This document shows, piece after piece, positions 18,973 through 27,760 of a stretch of DNA of 32,000 nucleotides. Position numbers and translations under genes: made by a program. The notes under the pieces were generated by a model. The model had not been told where the DNA came from. It did not search any database and saw only the letters and a list, made by a program, of their open reading frames with translations. Each line of letters starts with the position of its first letter. Position 1 is the stretch's first letter. Origin of the DNA: Erysipelotrichaceae bacterium MTC7 (lineage in GTDB: Bacteria > Bacillota_I > Bacilli_A > Erysipelotrichales > Erysipelotrichaceae); assembly GCA_001695645.1 (NCBI GenBank), contig LVZN01000067.1, positions 60,001-92,000 of the forward strand, read 5' to 3'.

Positions 18973-21256
18973 GAAAAGACTCGTTGTCTTTCTGGTTTCG
19001 GTGATTGCCATTCTTGGCATTGTGGGCGTAAGTACGAAACCAGCAATCGACAACATGAACCTAGGATTGGATCTAAAAGGTGGTTTTGAAATACTATATG
19101 AAGTATCACCATTAGAAGGTTCAGAAACAAAAGATGTCGATATGGCTGCAGTAGCAAGTTCTGTATCGAAACGTGTAAACGTGTTGGGTGTAAGTGAACC
19201 TGATATTACAGTGGAAGGAAACCGTATTCGTGTACAGTTAGCGGGTGTAAAAGATAACGAACAAGCGCGTGATGTGATTTCTAGTAGTGCCGTATTATCT
19301 TTTAGAGATACATCAGATAATTTACTGATGGATGCAACAGTCTTAAAAGATGGAGGAGCATCATTAGGATTTAATGAAGGTAAAGCAATTGTTAACTTAA
19401 AAATCGCTGATACAGCAAAATTTTATGAAGTAACATCTGCTTTATCAAAAACAACAGATAAATTGATGGTAACTTGGTTGGATTACCAAGAAGGTCAACG
19501 TTATGCTGAAGAAGCAAACAAAGCAGCTACTGAAGATGGTCCTGCATATATTTCTGCAGCGACGGTAAGTGAAGGACTAAACTCGGAAACAGTTATGATT
19601 TCTGGGAACTTCACAGAGGATGAAGCACAAGAACTTGTGGATTTACTAAACTCAGGATCTTTGAACTTCCAAATGAAAGAAATCTATTCAAATGTGGTAA
19701 GTCCAAACTTAGGAGTTGGTGCATTTGAATCAACAATGCTAGCTGGTGGAATTGGAATTCTAGCAATCGCAGTATTACTTATGGTGTTATACCGCTTGTG
19801 CGGATTTATTTCTGCAATTTCAGTTGCTATTTATTTGGTGTCAACATTAGCACTATATACATTACTTGGTGGTGTCTTCACGCTTAGTGGGATTGCTGCA
19901 CTTGTACTTGGTGTGGGTATGGCTGTTGATAGTAGTGTTATTACCTTTGAACGAATTAAAGACAGTCTTTATGCAGGACGTAGTGTTAAAAATGCATTCA
20001 AAGAAGGTAGTCACAATTCATTATCAACTATCTTAGATTCACAAATCACAACGATGATTGCAGCATTAATTCTTTACATCTTCGGAACAGGAAGTGTAAA
20101 AGGATTTGCGACAATGTTGTTAATTTCAACAATTCTTGCTGTTGTATTCAATGTTACATTGGTACGTTTCCTACTTGGACAAGTGGTGAAAAGCGGATAC
20201 CTTGATAACAAAAAATCATGGTTTGGAATTAAAGAAAACTACATTCCAAATGTACAAAAAGGTGAAAAATACGAAGATCATTCACCATGGAAAAACTTTG
20301 ACTTTGTTGGTAAAGCAAAATACTTCATCGCAATTTCGGTAACGATTATGATTATCGGTGTTGGTACGATGGGATTCAATGGAATTAAAGGTGATGGTAT
20401 CTTTAACTTCGGTATTGATTTCTCTAGTGGTTCAAGAATCACGATGGAAAGCAAAACTACATTAAAAGCAGATACCTTACAAAAAGAATTTGAAAAACTT
20501 GGAGTAGAACCAAGCGATATTACCTTATCAGGTGAAAAAAATGAAGTTGCATCTGTAACAATTAAAAAAGCAATTACGGAAGAACAACGTGAAAAAATCA
20601 CTGACTACATGAATGAAACATACAAAGATGTAGAAGTTTCTGATTCAACTGTATCACCAGTTGTTGGTCGTGAGTTGGTTAAAAATGCCATTATTATGTC
20701 AATTCTATCGTGGGTTGCCATTCTGATTTATGTAAGTATCCGTTTCAAATGGGACTTCGCAGTTAGTGGTATTGCTGCATTAGTTCATGACGTGTTTGTC
20801 ATTCTTGCTGTATTTGCATTCACACGTATGGAAATTACGACAGACATCATTGCGGTACTATTGACGATTATTGGATATAGTATCAATGACTCGATTGTTA
20901 TCTTCGATAGAATGCGTGATAACTTGAAAGGTTACGGACGTAAACAACCTTCACAAGAACAATTACGTGACATTGTTAACGTATCTTTACGCGAAACGTT
21001 TGGGCGTTCAATCGTAACTGCTTCAACAACGATTTTACCAGTAATAGCATTGTTGTTATTTGGTAGTCGTAACATCTTCCAATTTAACATTGCATTGCTT
21101 GTTGGATTGATTGGTGGTTGTATTTCTTCATTATTCATTGCACCACAATTATGGTATGTATTACGTTTAAAATTTAAAGTAAAACATAAAGCAAAGAAAA
21201 AACCTAAAAAGTTAAAAGGACCACAAGAACATATCATTCCTGGGGTAAACGATTAA
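18965..21256 (+). CDS. secDF: Fused protein translocase subunit SecDF
   Basis: 763 aa. SecD N-terminus (LGLDLKGG), two 6-TM RND-like bundles and a SecF half (FGIDFSSGS). Confidence 0.93.
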   Translation: MNKKRLVVFLVSVIAILGIVGVSTKPAIDNMNLGLDLKGGFEILYEVSPLEGSETKDVDMAAVASSVSKRVNVLGVSEPDITVEGNRIRVQLAGVKDNEQARDVISSSAVLSFRDTSDNLLMDATVLKDGGASLGFNEGKAIVNLKIADTAKFYEVTSALSKTTDKLMVTWLDYQEGQRYAEEANKAATEDGPAYISAATVSEGLNSETVMISGNFTEDEAQELVDLLNSGSLNFQMKEIYSNVVSPNLGVGAFESTMLAGGIGILAIAVLLMVLYRLCGFISAISVAIYLVSTLALYTLLGGVFTLSGIAALVLGVGMAVDSSVITFERIKDSLYAGRSVKNAFKEGSHNSLSTILDSQITTMIAALILYIFGTGSVKGFATMLLISTILAVVFNVTLVRFLLGQVVKSGYLDNKKSWFGIKENYIPNVQKGEKYEDHSPWKNFDFVGKAKYFIAISVTIMIIGVGTMGFNGIKGDGIFNFGIDFSSGSRITMESKTTLKADTLQKEFEKLGVEPSDITLSGEKNEVASVTIKKAITEEQREKITDYMNETYKDVEVSDSTVSPVVGRELVKNAIIMSILSWVAILIYVSIRFKWDFAVSGIAALVHDVFVILAVFAFTRMEITTDIIAVLLTIIGYSINDSIVIFDRMRDNLKGYGRKQPSQEQLRDIVNVSLRETFGRSIVTASTTILPVIALLLFGSRNIFQFNIALLVGLIGGCISSLFIAPQLWYVLRLKFKVKHKAKKKPKKLKGPQEHIIPGVND

Positions 21257-21263
21257 TTAACAC

Positions 21264-21309
21264 AAGATTTCTCAATTGTTGAAAAACAAAATAGAAATCT
21301 TTTTTATTC
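21264..21309 (+). terminator. Rho-independent terminator of secDF (two-tier hairpin)
   Basis: 9-bp outer stem AAGATTTCT / AGAAATCTT, inner stem TTGTT/AACAA capped by GAAA, followed by TTTTTATT. Confidence 0.6.
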
Positions 21310-21331
21310 ATTTTTTAGACTGTTGCGTGAT

Positions 21332-21359
21332 TTGTACTTTTTTACAAGAGTGCTATAAT
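21332..21359 (+). promoter_or_regulatory. Promoter of the 54-codon ORF
   Basis: TTGTAC, 16-nt spacer, extended -10 TGcTATAAT (21351-21359). Confidence 0.45.
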
Positions 21360-21396
21360 AAGTTTATAAGCTGGAACAAAGAAATGAGGGATGCAT

Positions 21397-21561
21397 ATGG
21401 CATTATCAGAAAAAGAAAAGAAGAAGGTAAAAGAATTCAAAAAAGATGCAGATAATTTTTATAATGAATTGTACAAAGATGCAAAGAGTTATGGACGATT
21501 TTTCCCATTGATTGCCATTATCATTCTTGCAGTGATCTTAGTGTATTTCGTTATGAACTAG
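21397..21561 (+). CDS. Hypothetical small tail-anchored membrane protein (54 aa; not in the ORF track because it is under 60 aa)
   Basis: ATG 21397 follows GAGGG. The sequence is MALSEKEKKKVKEFKKDADNFYNELYKDAKSYGRFFPLIAIIILAVILVYFVMN. It is framed by its own promoter and terminator. Confidence 0.45.
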   Translation: MALSEKEKKKVKEFKKDADNFYNELYKDAKSYGRFFPLIAIIILAVILVYFVMN

Positions 21562-21584
21562 ACTTCAAAGGAAGTCTTTTTTTA
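21560..21584 (+). terminator. Rho-independent terminator
   Basis: Stem AGACTTC / GAAGTCT with loop AAAG, followed by TTTTTTT. Confidence 0.75.
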
Positions 21585-21630
21585 GTCTTATCGCATACAA
21601 GTACCAATGTGAATGTGGTACAATACTTGC

Positions 21631-23223
21631 ATGATATATAAAGAGAATCGCTTGTTGCATGTTGATGACATAGCAACAACTTACAATGTTTCATCGCTAG
21701 TTGCTAAAGTACTTAGCTACAATAAACTAGCAGATGAACAAATCAAACAAATTCTATATGATACGAAAACAACAGATGATTTATCATATGATGATGCACT
21801 ACCAATTGTAGAACGTTTAAAACAAGCAAAAGCAGACAATGAGAAAGTCTTAATTTGTGGAGACTATGATGCTGATGGTATTTGTTCAACAACCATTTTA
21901 TATGATGCGTTACAAATCTATGGGATTACTTGTGGATATTACATCCCCAATCGATTTACAGAAGGATATGGATTGGCTAAAAAAACAGTCAAGATGGCAG
22001 TCGAAAAAGGGTATAGCATTTTGATTACAGTTGACAACGGAGTGAAAGCTTTAGAAGCACTTGCGTATGCAAAAGAGCAGGGGATTACCATTATGTTAAC
22101 GGATCATCACAGTTATCAGAAAGATGAGTTAATCTATGATTATTTTTTACATCCAAATGTTATGCAACAACCGTTTCAACATTTGTGTGGAGCGGGTGTC
22201 GCTTTTGTGATAAGTCGTGCCTTGATTGGTCGTAACGATTATCATACAACGCTTGCATCAATTGCAACTATCGCGGATATGGTTGGGGTGCTTGATGCAA
22301 ACCGAGTGATTATTAAAGAAGGATTGTTGTATTTAAATCAAAATCGATTTGCCAATATACAATATTTGGCCGATGATAAAAATCCGTGGAATACCACGAA
22401 AGTTGGTTTTCAAATTGCGCCAAAGCTTAATGCGATTGGGCGTTTGGCAGACCAAGCAAACGTCAACAACCTTGTAAAATATTTACTCTTACAAGATACC
22501 GTGCAAATTGAAAATAGTGTTAAACAAATTAAAGAAGTAAATAATAAGCGTAAAGAAATCAGCGCAGCAAATGAGCAAATCGCAATGCAAACCGTCAATG
22601 GACATGACGATTTTATGATTGCCTATTCAGAAGATTTCCACGAGGGACTCAATGGAATTGTTGCAATGAAATTAACGCAGACGTATGGCAAAAGTGCAAT
22701 GGTCCTAACGAATAAGGATGGTATCTTAAAGGGAAGCATTCGTTCCGTTGGGCTTGACTTAACCAAAGTATTTCTTGACATGGAAGACATGTTACTTGCT
22801 TATGGTGGTCATAAACAAGCTGCAGGTATCTCTTTTTATGAAAAAGATGTAGATAAGATTCATGCGTACTTACAAGAAGTTGCCAAACATGAAACCATCG
22901 AAGATGTTATCACATATATTCCTTTACAAGATGCTGATGTAACAGTTGGTAACATCGCACAACTTGATGCACTTGATCCCTATGGTGTAGGATTTGAAAA
23001 GCCAAAGTTTGCTTGCACCATTCGCGAGTATAAACTTAGTACACTAAGTTATGGAAAACACCTAAAGATCCAAACCGCAAATATGGACTTTTTGTACTTC
23101 AATCAAGGTGCGAAAATTGCTGAATTTGAGGGTAAAAATTTGACGTTAATCGGGGATGTTTCAATTAATACGTTCCGTAATAAAAAAACAATAACCATGA
23201 TTGTTGAATCTGTGTTATTATAA
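21631..23223 (+). CDS. recJ: Single-stranded-DNA-specific exonuclease RecJ (short form)
   Basis: DHH-family motifs ICGDYDADGICS, TVDNG and LTDHH, plus a DHHA1 region (GGHKQAAG). The alternative start ATG 21613 (ORF track) lies upstream of the only -10-like element; see the finding on recJ. Confidence 0.88.
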   Translation: MIYKENRLLHVDDIATTYNVSSLVAKVLSYNKLADEQIKQILYDTKTTDDLSYDDALPIVERLKQAKADNEKVLICGDYDADGICSTTILYDALQIYGITCGYYIPNRFTEGYGLAKKTVKMAVEKGYSILITVDNGVKALEALAYAKEQGITIMLTDHHSYQKDELIYDYFLHPNVMQQPFQHLCGAGVAFVISRALIGRNDYHTTLASIATIADMVGVLDANRVIIKEGLLYLNQNRFANIQYLADDKNPWNTTKVGFQIAPKLNAIGRLADQANVNNLVKYLLLQDTVQIENSVKQIKEVNNKRKEISAANEQIAMQTVNGHDDFMIAYSEDFHEGLNGIVAMKLTQTYGKSAMVLTNKDGILKGSIRSVGLDLTKVFLDMEDMLLAYGGHKQAAGISFYEKDVDKIHAYLQEVAKHETIEDVITYIPLQDADVTVGNIAQLDALDPYGVGFEKPKFACTIREYKLSTLSYGKHLKIQTANMDFLYFNQGAKIAEFEGKNLTLIGDVSINTFRNKKTITMIVESVLL

Positions 23224-23239
23224 CAAATGAGGTATGAAG

Positions 23240-23755
23240 ATGGACTTAAAAAAATATATAGCAGAAATACAAAATTTCCCAGTAGATGGGGTATTGTTTA
23301 GAGACATCACACCGTTGATGCAAGATGGAAAAGCATTTCGCGAAGCGTGTGACGCATTGATTGCATTTGCCCTAGAAGTAGGTGCAGAAGTAATTGTTGG
23401 ACCAGAATCAAGAGGATTTATTTTTGGTTGCCCAGTGGCATATGCACTAGGTATTGGGTTTGTGCCAATTCGTAAGCCAGGAAAACTGCCAAGAAAAACG
23501 GAATCTATTTCGTACGACTTGGAATATGGATCAAACGAGTTACACATTCACGCTGATGCCATAAAACCAGGACAAAAAGTATTGATTATTGATGATTTAC
23601 TTGCAACTGGTGGTACGGTAAAAGCAACCATTGATTTGGTCGAAAGGCTTGGTGGAGAAGTTGTCGGTTGTGAATTCTTTAATGAATTGATGGACCTTAA
23701 AGGCCGTGACTTATTAAAGGGTTACAAGATTAAATCGATTATTCAATACGACTAA
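23240..23755 (+). CDS. apt: Adenine phosphoribosyltransferase
   Basis: MDLKKYI...FRDITPL N-terminus and the PRPP motif [16 protein letters not shown] 23240 is 7 nt after GAGG; ATG 23234 is too close to the SD. Confidence 0.93.
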   Translation: MDLKKYIAEIQNFPVDGVLFRDITPLMQDGKAFREACDALIAFALEVGAEVIVGPESRGFIFGCPVAYALGIGFVPIRKPGKLPRKTESISYDLEYGSNELHIHADAIKPGQKVLIIDDLLATGGTVKATIDLVERLGGEVVGCEFFNELMDLKGRDLLKGYKIKSIIQYD

Positions 23756-23777
23756 AAGTGCGAATGCACTTTTTTCT
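23755..23777 (+). terminator. Rho-independent terminator of recJ-apt
   Basis: Stem AAGTGC / GCACTT with loop GAAT, followed by TTTTTCT. Confidence 0.65.
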
Positions 23778-23817
23778 ATATAGTATGTTATAATTTGTGT
23801 AAATAAAGAGGAGTTTT

Positions 23818-26028
23818 ATGGAAGATACATTGATCACGTTTGATGAGGTTATGGATGAGGTTAAATCCTATATTAAAAAAGAGGAAAACTTAAAACTTAT
23901 TCAAGATGCCTATGAATTCGCAGAAGAAAAACACCGCCCACAAAAAAGAAAAAGTGGTGCACCATATGTGGTGCACGTTTTGCACGTAGCAAGAATCTTA
24001 GCTGACTTACGAACTGGACCTAGTACGATTGCTGCAGGTTTATTACATGATGTCATTGAAGATTGTGGCATAACGAAAGAAGAATTTATCGAACGTTTTG
24101 GTCAAGAAGTATACATTTTAGTCGAGGCAGTTACAAAAATTGGTTCCTTGAAGTTTAGTGATGAAGAAGAGTATTTAGCAAGTAATCACCGTAAAATCTT
24201 TATTGCGATGGCAAATGATGTCCGTGTAATCTTGATTAAATTGGCAGACCGTTTACATAATATGCGAACACTGCAATTTATGAAACCAGAAAAGCAAAAG
24301 AAAATTGCGCAAGAAACACTAGATGTTTATGCTCCTATTGCACACCGTTTGGGGATTAGTGAGATTAAAAATGAATTGGAAGACTTGTCTTTCCATTATC
24401 TAAATCCTGAAAAGTATTATGAAATTGCAAAATTAGTTGAAAATAGAAAAAGCGAACGTGATGAACAAGTTCAAGAAATGATTCGTGAATTTTCAGGGAT
24501 TTTGGATGAACATAAGTTACCGTTTCGCATGTTTGGACGTAGCAAACACTTATACAGTATCTACAAAAAGATGGTAAATAAAAATAAACGCTTTGAGGAA
24601 ATTCTCGATTTACTTGCCATTCGCATTGTGACAAACACGGAAGTGGGATGTTATGAGATTTTAGGTTACATCCACGCAAAATATACGCCCATTCCAGGAC
24701 GTTTCAAAGATTATATCGCGATGCCGAAAATGAACATGTATCAAAGTTTACATACAACCATTGTGGGTATTGAAGGTAATATCTTTGAGGTGCAAATTCG
24801 TACCGAGATGATGGATGAAATTGCCGAACGTGGGGTTGCTGCACACTGGCGTTACAAAGAAAACGCAAATTATGTACCAAACCAACAACAAAAAGAAATT
24901 GAAGAACAATTACATTTCTTCAAAGACTTCCAATTGATGAGTGAAGATGTAAATGAAGATGCAAAATCATTTATGAATTTGATTTCTAAAGATATCTTTG
25001 AAGCCAATGTGTATGTAATGAGTCCAAAAGGAAAAGTTATTGCATTACCAAGTGGATCTACACCATTGGATTTTGCGTATCGAATTCATACGGAAGTAGG
25101 TCACCAAACCATTGGTGCAACGGTAAATGGGGTACTTGTTCCTTTAAACACGCAATTAAAAACTGGTGATGTGGTAAACATCAAAACCAACAAAAATTCT
25201 AAACCAAGCGAGGATTGGTTAAAAATTGTAAAATCCAACCACGCAAAAAATAAAATCCGTTCGTATTTCCAACGCATCAAACAAGAAGAAAAAGAAGAAG
25301 GTGCAGAAAAAGGAAAACGTATGTTAGAAGATGAACTTCGTAAACGTGGTTATGAAGTTAAAGATTACATGGCCAACCGTCCGCTTGAACATTTAGCAGG
25401 GCAGTTTAAAATGCATACATTGCTTGATTTGTACTATGCCATTTTCGTAAAAGCTTTACCTTTACAAAATGCAATTGAAAAACTGACGCACCAAAAAGCT
25501 GGTGCTGGAGAAACTGGTGCAAAAGATATTGAGTTTAAAACACATGCACCAACAAAAAAAGAACTTAAAGAACAAAGTTCAAGCAAATATGGGGTTCATG
25601 TACCAGGCATTGATAGTATTGTGATTAGTTTAGCACCATGTTGTTCGCCGGTACCTGGTGATGATATCGTTGGTTATATTACAAAAGGACAAGGGGTAAA
25701 AGTTCACCGTAAAGATTGTCCAAACGTACAAGATTTAAAAGAACGTTTAATTGATGTCGAGTGGGAAGGAAACCGTACGGTAAAAAACTATCCAGTGCAT
25801 TTGCTTATCCATTCAACAGATCGCAATTTCTTGTTGAGTGATATTGTTACGGTATCTAGTCAAAGTAAAGTAGGGATGCAACACGTGGACAGTAAAGTGA
25901 ATGAAGATGGAATTCATGCAACAACAAAATTAACAGTATTGGTGCAAGACTTGGATCAATTACAAACACTGATTACCAACCTGAAAAAAGTAACAAGCGT
26001 TAATTCGGTTGAACGTGTAGTATTATAA
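23818..26028 (+). CDS. relA: Bifunctional (p)ppGpp synthetase/hydrolase (Rel/RelA/SpoT homologue)
   Basis: HD hydrolase domain (HRPQKRKSGAPYVVH...LLHDVIED), synthetase domain (YSIYKKM, RFKDYIAMPKMNMYQSLHT), TGS and ACT domains. An extended -10 (TGtTATAAT, 23786-23794) and AAGAGGAG lie upstream. Confidence 0.94.
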   Translation: MEDTLITFDEVMDEVKSYIKKEENLKLIQDAYEFAEEKHRPQKRKSGAPYVVHVLHVARILADLRTGPSTIAAGLLHDVIEDCGITKEEFIERFGQEVYILVEAVTKIGSLKFSDEEEYLASNHRKIFIAMANDVRVILIKLADRLHNMRTLQFMKPEKQKKIAQETLDVYAPIAHRLGISEIKNELEDLSFHYLNPEKYYEIAKLVENRKSERDEQVQEMIREFSGILDEHKLPFRMFGRSKHLYSIYKKMVNKNKRFEEILDLLAIRIVTNTEVGCYEILGYIHAKYTPIPGRFKDYIAMPKMNMYQSLHTTIVGIEGNIFEVQIRTEMMDEIAERGVAAHWRYKENANYVPNQQQKEIEEQLHFFKDFQLMSEDVNEDAKSFMNLISKDIFEANVYVMSPKGKVIALPSGSTPLDFAYRIHTEVGHQTIGATVNGVLVPLNTQLKTGDVVNIKTNKNSKPSEDWLKIVKSNHAKNKIRSYFQRIKQEEKEEGAEKGKRMLEDELRKRGYEVKDYMANRPLEHLAGQFKMHTLLDLYYAIFVKALPLQNAIEKLTHQKAGAGETGAKDIEFKTHAPTKKELKEQSSSKYGVHVPGIDSIVISLAPCCSPVPGDDIVGYITKGQGVKVHRKDCPNVQDLKERLIDVEWEGNRTVKNYPVHLLIHSTDRNFLLSDIVTVSSQSKVGMQHVDSKVNEDGIHATTKLTVLVQDLDQLQTLITNLKKVTSVNSVERVVL

Positions 26029-26157
26029 AGTAAATCTTTTAAGGGATTTATGAGTATCGTATTAGGTTTACTTTTAGCAGTTAGACAAAGCTGAGATTGA
26101 TGGTAAGTTGCAAACGTATGTATCAACTGCTCAAGCAAAAAACAAGATTTTGTAGGT

Positions 26158-26286
26158 ATGAAACAAATTATACTGCAATTCTCAACCATGAAATACGTTG
26201 ATGAAAAGGGAATTAAAACGATACAATATCTTATCATTGGAGTCGTTTCTATTCTTTGTTTACGTGCATGTTTGCTCATTATATAA
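26158..26286 (+). CDS. Possible 42-codon ORF encoding a peptide with a hydrophobic C-terminus (speculative)
   Basis: MKQIILQFSTMKYVDEKGIKTIQYLIIGVVSILCLRACLLII. It ends 5 nt before a strong terminator. The SD is weak (TAGG) and no promoter was found. Confidence 0.25.
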   Translation: MKQIILQFSTMKYVDEKGIKTIQYLIIGVVSILCLRACLLII

Positions 26287-26290
26287 GTAA

Positions 26291-26317
26291 AGACACATTT
26301 GATGTGTCTTTTTTTTC
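26291..26317 (+). terminator. Rho-independent terminator
   Basis: Stem AGACACAT / ATGTGTCT with loop TTG, followed by TTTTTTTT. Confidence 0.75.
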
Positions 26318-26320
26318 GTT

Positions 26321-26349
26321 TTGACAACTTTTGTGTTTCGTGTTATATT
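26321..26349 (+). promoter_or_regulatory. Near-consensus sigma-A promoter of the TetR / hemolysin III operon
   Basis: TTGACA (26321-26326), 17-nt spacer, extended -10 TGtTATATT (26341-26349). Confidence 0.65.
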
Positions 26350-26361
26350 TTTTATAGTTGA

Positions 26362-26375
26362 GTCGGTCAACCGAC
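26362..26375. promoter_or_regulatory. Candidate TetR operator
   Basis: Inverted repeat GTCGGT-CA-ACCGAC with 6-bp arms, located between the -10 element and the SD of the TetR gene. Confidence 0.45.
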
Positions 26376-26389
26376 CGATAGGAGAAAGT

Positions 26390-26989
26390 ATGGCAAGGAA
26401 AGAAAAGAAAAAACACGAACTGGAAGTGTTAGATACGGATCATCAAGAATCAACAAAAGTTTTAGTCGATATGCGCACACATATTTTGCGTGTTGCAACG
26501 GATTTAATGATGAAACAGGGAATTAAAGAAACAAGTTTAAAAGATATTGCAAAAACAGCAGGTATTTCAAAAGGAACTTTATATTATTACTATTCTGCTA
26601 AAAATGACATTATTTTGGATATTGCCGATTTTAACCTAAAAGAAATTACAGAGGGTATATTTGAAAATGTGAAGGCAAATGATTCGGTGGAAACGATACT
26701 TTCAACCATCATACATAAAGTGTTGGAAGCAAATCAAAGAGCAAAATTGCATATACATTTACTAAGTCAAGCAATCGTTGGTGATGAAGAGTTAGCAAAA
26801 CGATTTCAAAGTATCTATAATCAATGGCATCAACAACTAACTGATATTCTACACGATCGTCTACCTAACCATGATATAGAGGCATTTGTATATATTATTG
26901 TAGGTAGTGTAAATGGTTTAATGATTGAAAAGTTAATGAGTGATCAAGCATTCCCAGTGGATGCAATCGTGAAAGAAATGGTGAGATAA
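26390..26989 (+). CDS. TetR/AcrR-family transcriptional regulator
   Basis: HTH SLKDIAKTAGISKGTLYYYYSAKNDI. ATG 26390 follows AGGAGA. The ORF-track extension to 26321 covers the promoter. Confidence 0.85.
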   Translation: MARKEKKKHELEVLDTDHQESTKVLVDMRTHILRVATDLMMKQGIKETSLKDIAKTAGISKGTLYYYYSAKNDIILDIADFNLKEITEGIFENVKANDSVETILSTIIHKVLEANQRAKLHIHLLSQAIVGDEELAKRFQSIYNQWHQQLTDILHDRLPNHDIEAFVYIIVGSVNGLMIEKLMSDQAFPVDAIVKEMVR

Positions 26990-27682
26990 ATGGAGCAAAT
27001 GATGATGAGAAAACAAAGTAAATTAGATGCAATTACAATTCCACCTTATACAAAAGGTGAAGAAATATTCAATATGGTGAGTCATATTGTTGGTGGTGTA
27101 TTAGGGATTGTTGCAACGGTATTATGTGTGGTCGTCGCTGCTAAACATCAAAATGGATACGGCATCGTGAGTGGAGCGATCTTTGGTGCAACGATGATTT
27201 TACTTTATACAACAAGTAGTGTGTATCACGGACTCAGTCCACGTTTAAAAGCAAAGAAAGTATTTCGCATTCTAGACCACTGCGCAATCTATCTGTTGGT
27301 TGCTGGTACATATACACCAATTGCTTTATGCACCATTCGTGCATATGATAGTCAACTTGGTTGGTTTCTTTTTATTGCGATTTGGGCAGTGGCAGCAGCA
27401 GGGATGACACTAACGGCTTCAAAGTTTAAGAAATTCCAAATTTTGGAAGTTATAATTTATCTAGCTATGGGTTGGAGTGTTTTACTTGCTAAAGATGCAG
27501 TCATTGCAGGTGTTGGTACAACAGGCTTACTATTTATGTTAATTGGTGGTATTGCTTACTCGATCGGTGTCATCTTTTATGCACTTGGTAAGAAAATGAA
27601 GTATTCACATTCCATTTTCCATCTATTCATTTTGGTTGGAAGTTTCTTCCACTTTCTAGCAATTGTTTTATATGTTATGTAA
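26990..27682 (+). CDS. Hemolysin III / PAQR-family membrane protein (YplQ-like)
   Basis: Seven TM segments with the family His/Asp positions (NMVSHIVG, SSVYHG, LDHCAIYLLVAGTYTP, HLFILVGSFFHF). It starts at the nucleotide directly after the TetR stop. Confidence 0.88.
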   Translation: MEQMMMRKQSKLDAITIPPYTKGEEIFNMVSHIVGGVLGIVATVLCVVVAAKHQNGYGIVSGAIFGATMILLYTTSSVYHGLSPRLKAKKVFRILDHCAIYLLVAGTYTPIALCTIRAYDSQLGWFLFIAIWAVAAAGMTLTASKFKKFQILEVIIYLAMGWSVLLAKDAVIAGVGTTGLLFMLIGGIAYSIGVIFYALGKKMKYSHSIFHLFILVGSFFHFLAIVLYVM

Positions 27683-27710
27683 AGATTTTGGATTTGACTA
27701 TGAAACGACT

Positions 27711-27738
27711 GGAATGTGAGCATTTCATTGTTTTTTTT
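27711..27738 (+). terminator. Probable rho-independent terminator of the TetR / hemolysin III operon
   Basis: 6-bp stem GGAATG / CATTTC (one G-U pair) with loop TGAG, then ATTG and T8. Confidence 0.5.
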
Positions 27739-27756
27739 CCATAAGCGTGGTAATAT
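27728..27756 (+). promoter_or_regulatory. Promoter of the T-box / hisS-aspS unit
   Basis: TTGTTT, 17-nt spacer, extended -10 TGgTAATAT (27748-27756). The predicted start falls at the base of T-box stem I. Confidence 0.45.
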
Positions 27757-27760
27757 ATTC

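Noticed and set aside
25956-26327. 123-aa ORF on the minus strand, spanning the relA 3' end and the following gap
   Set aside because: It overlaps the relA coding sequence and runs through a + strand terminator and the TetR promoter. It has no SD and no family resemblance.
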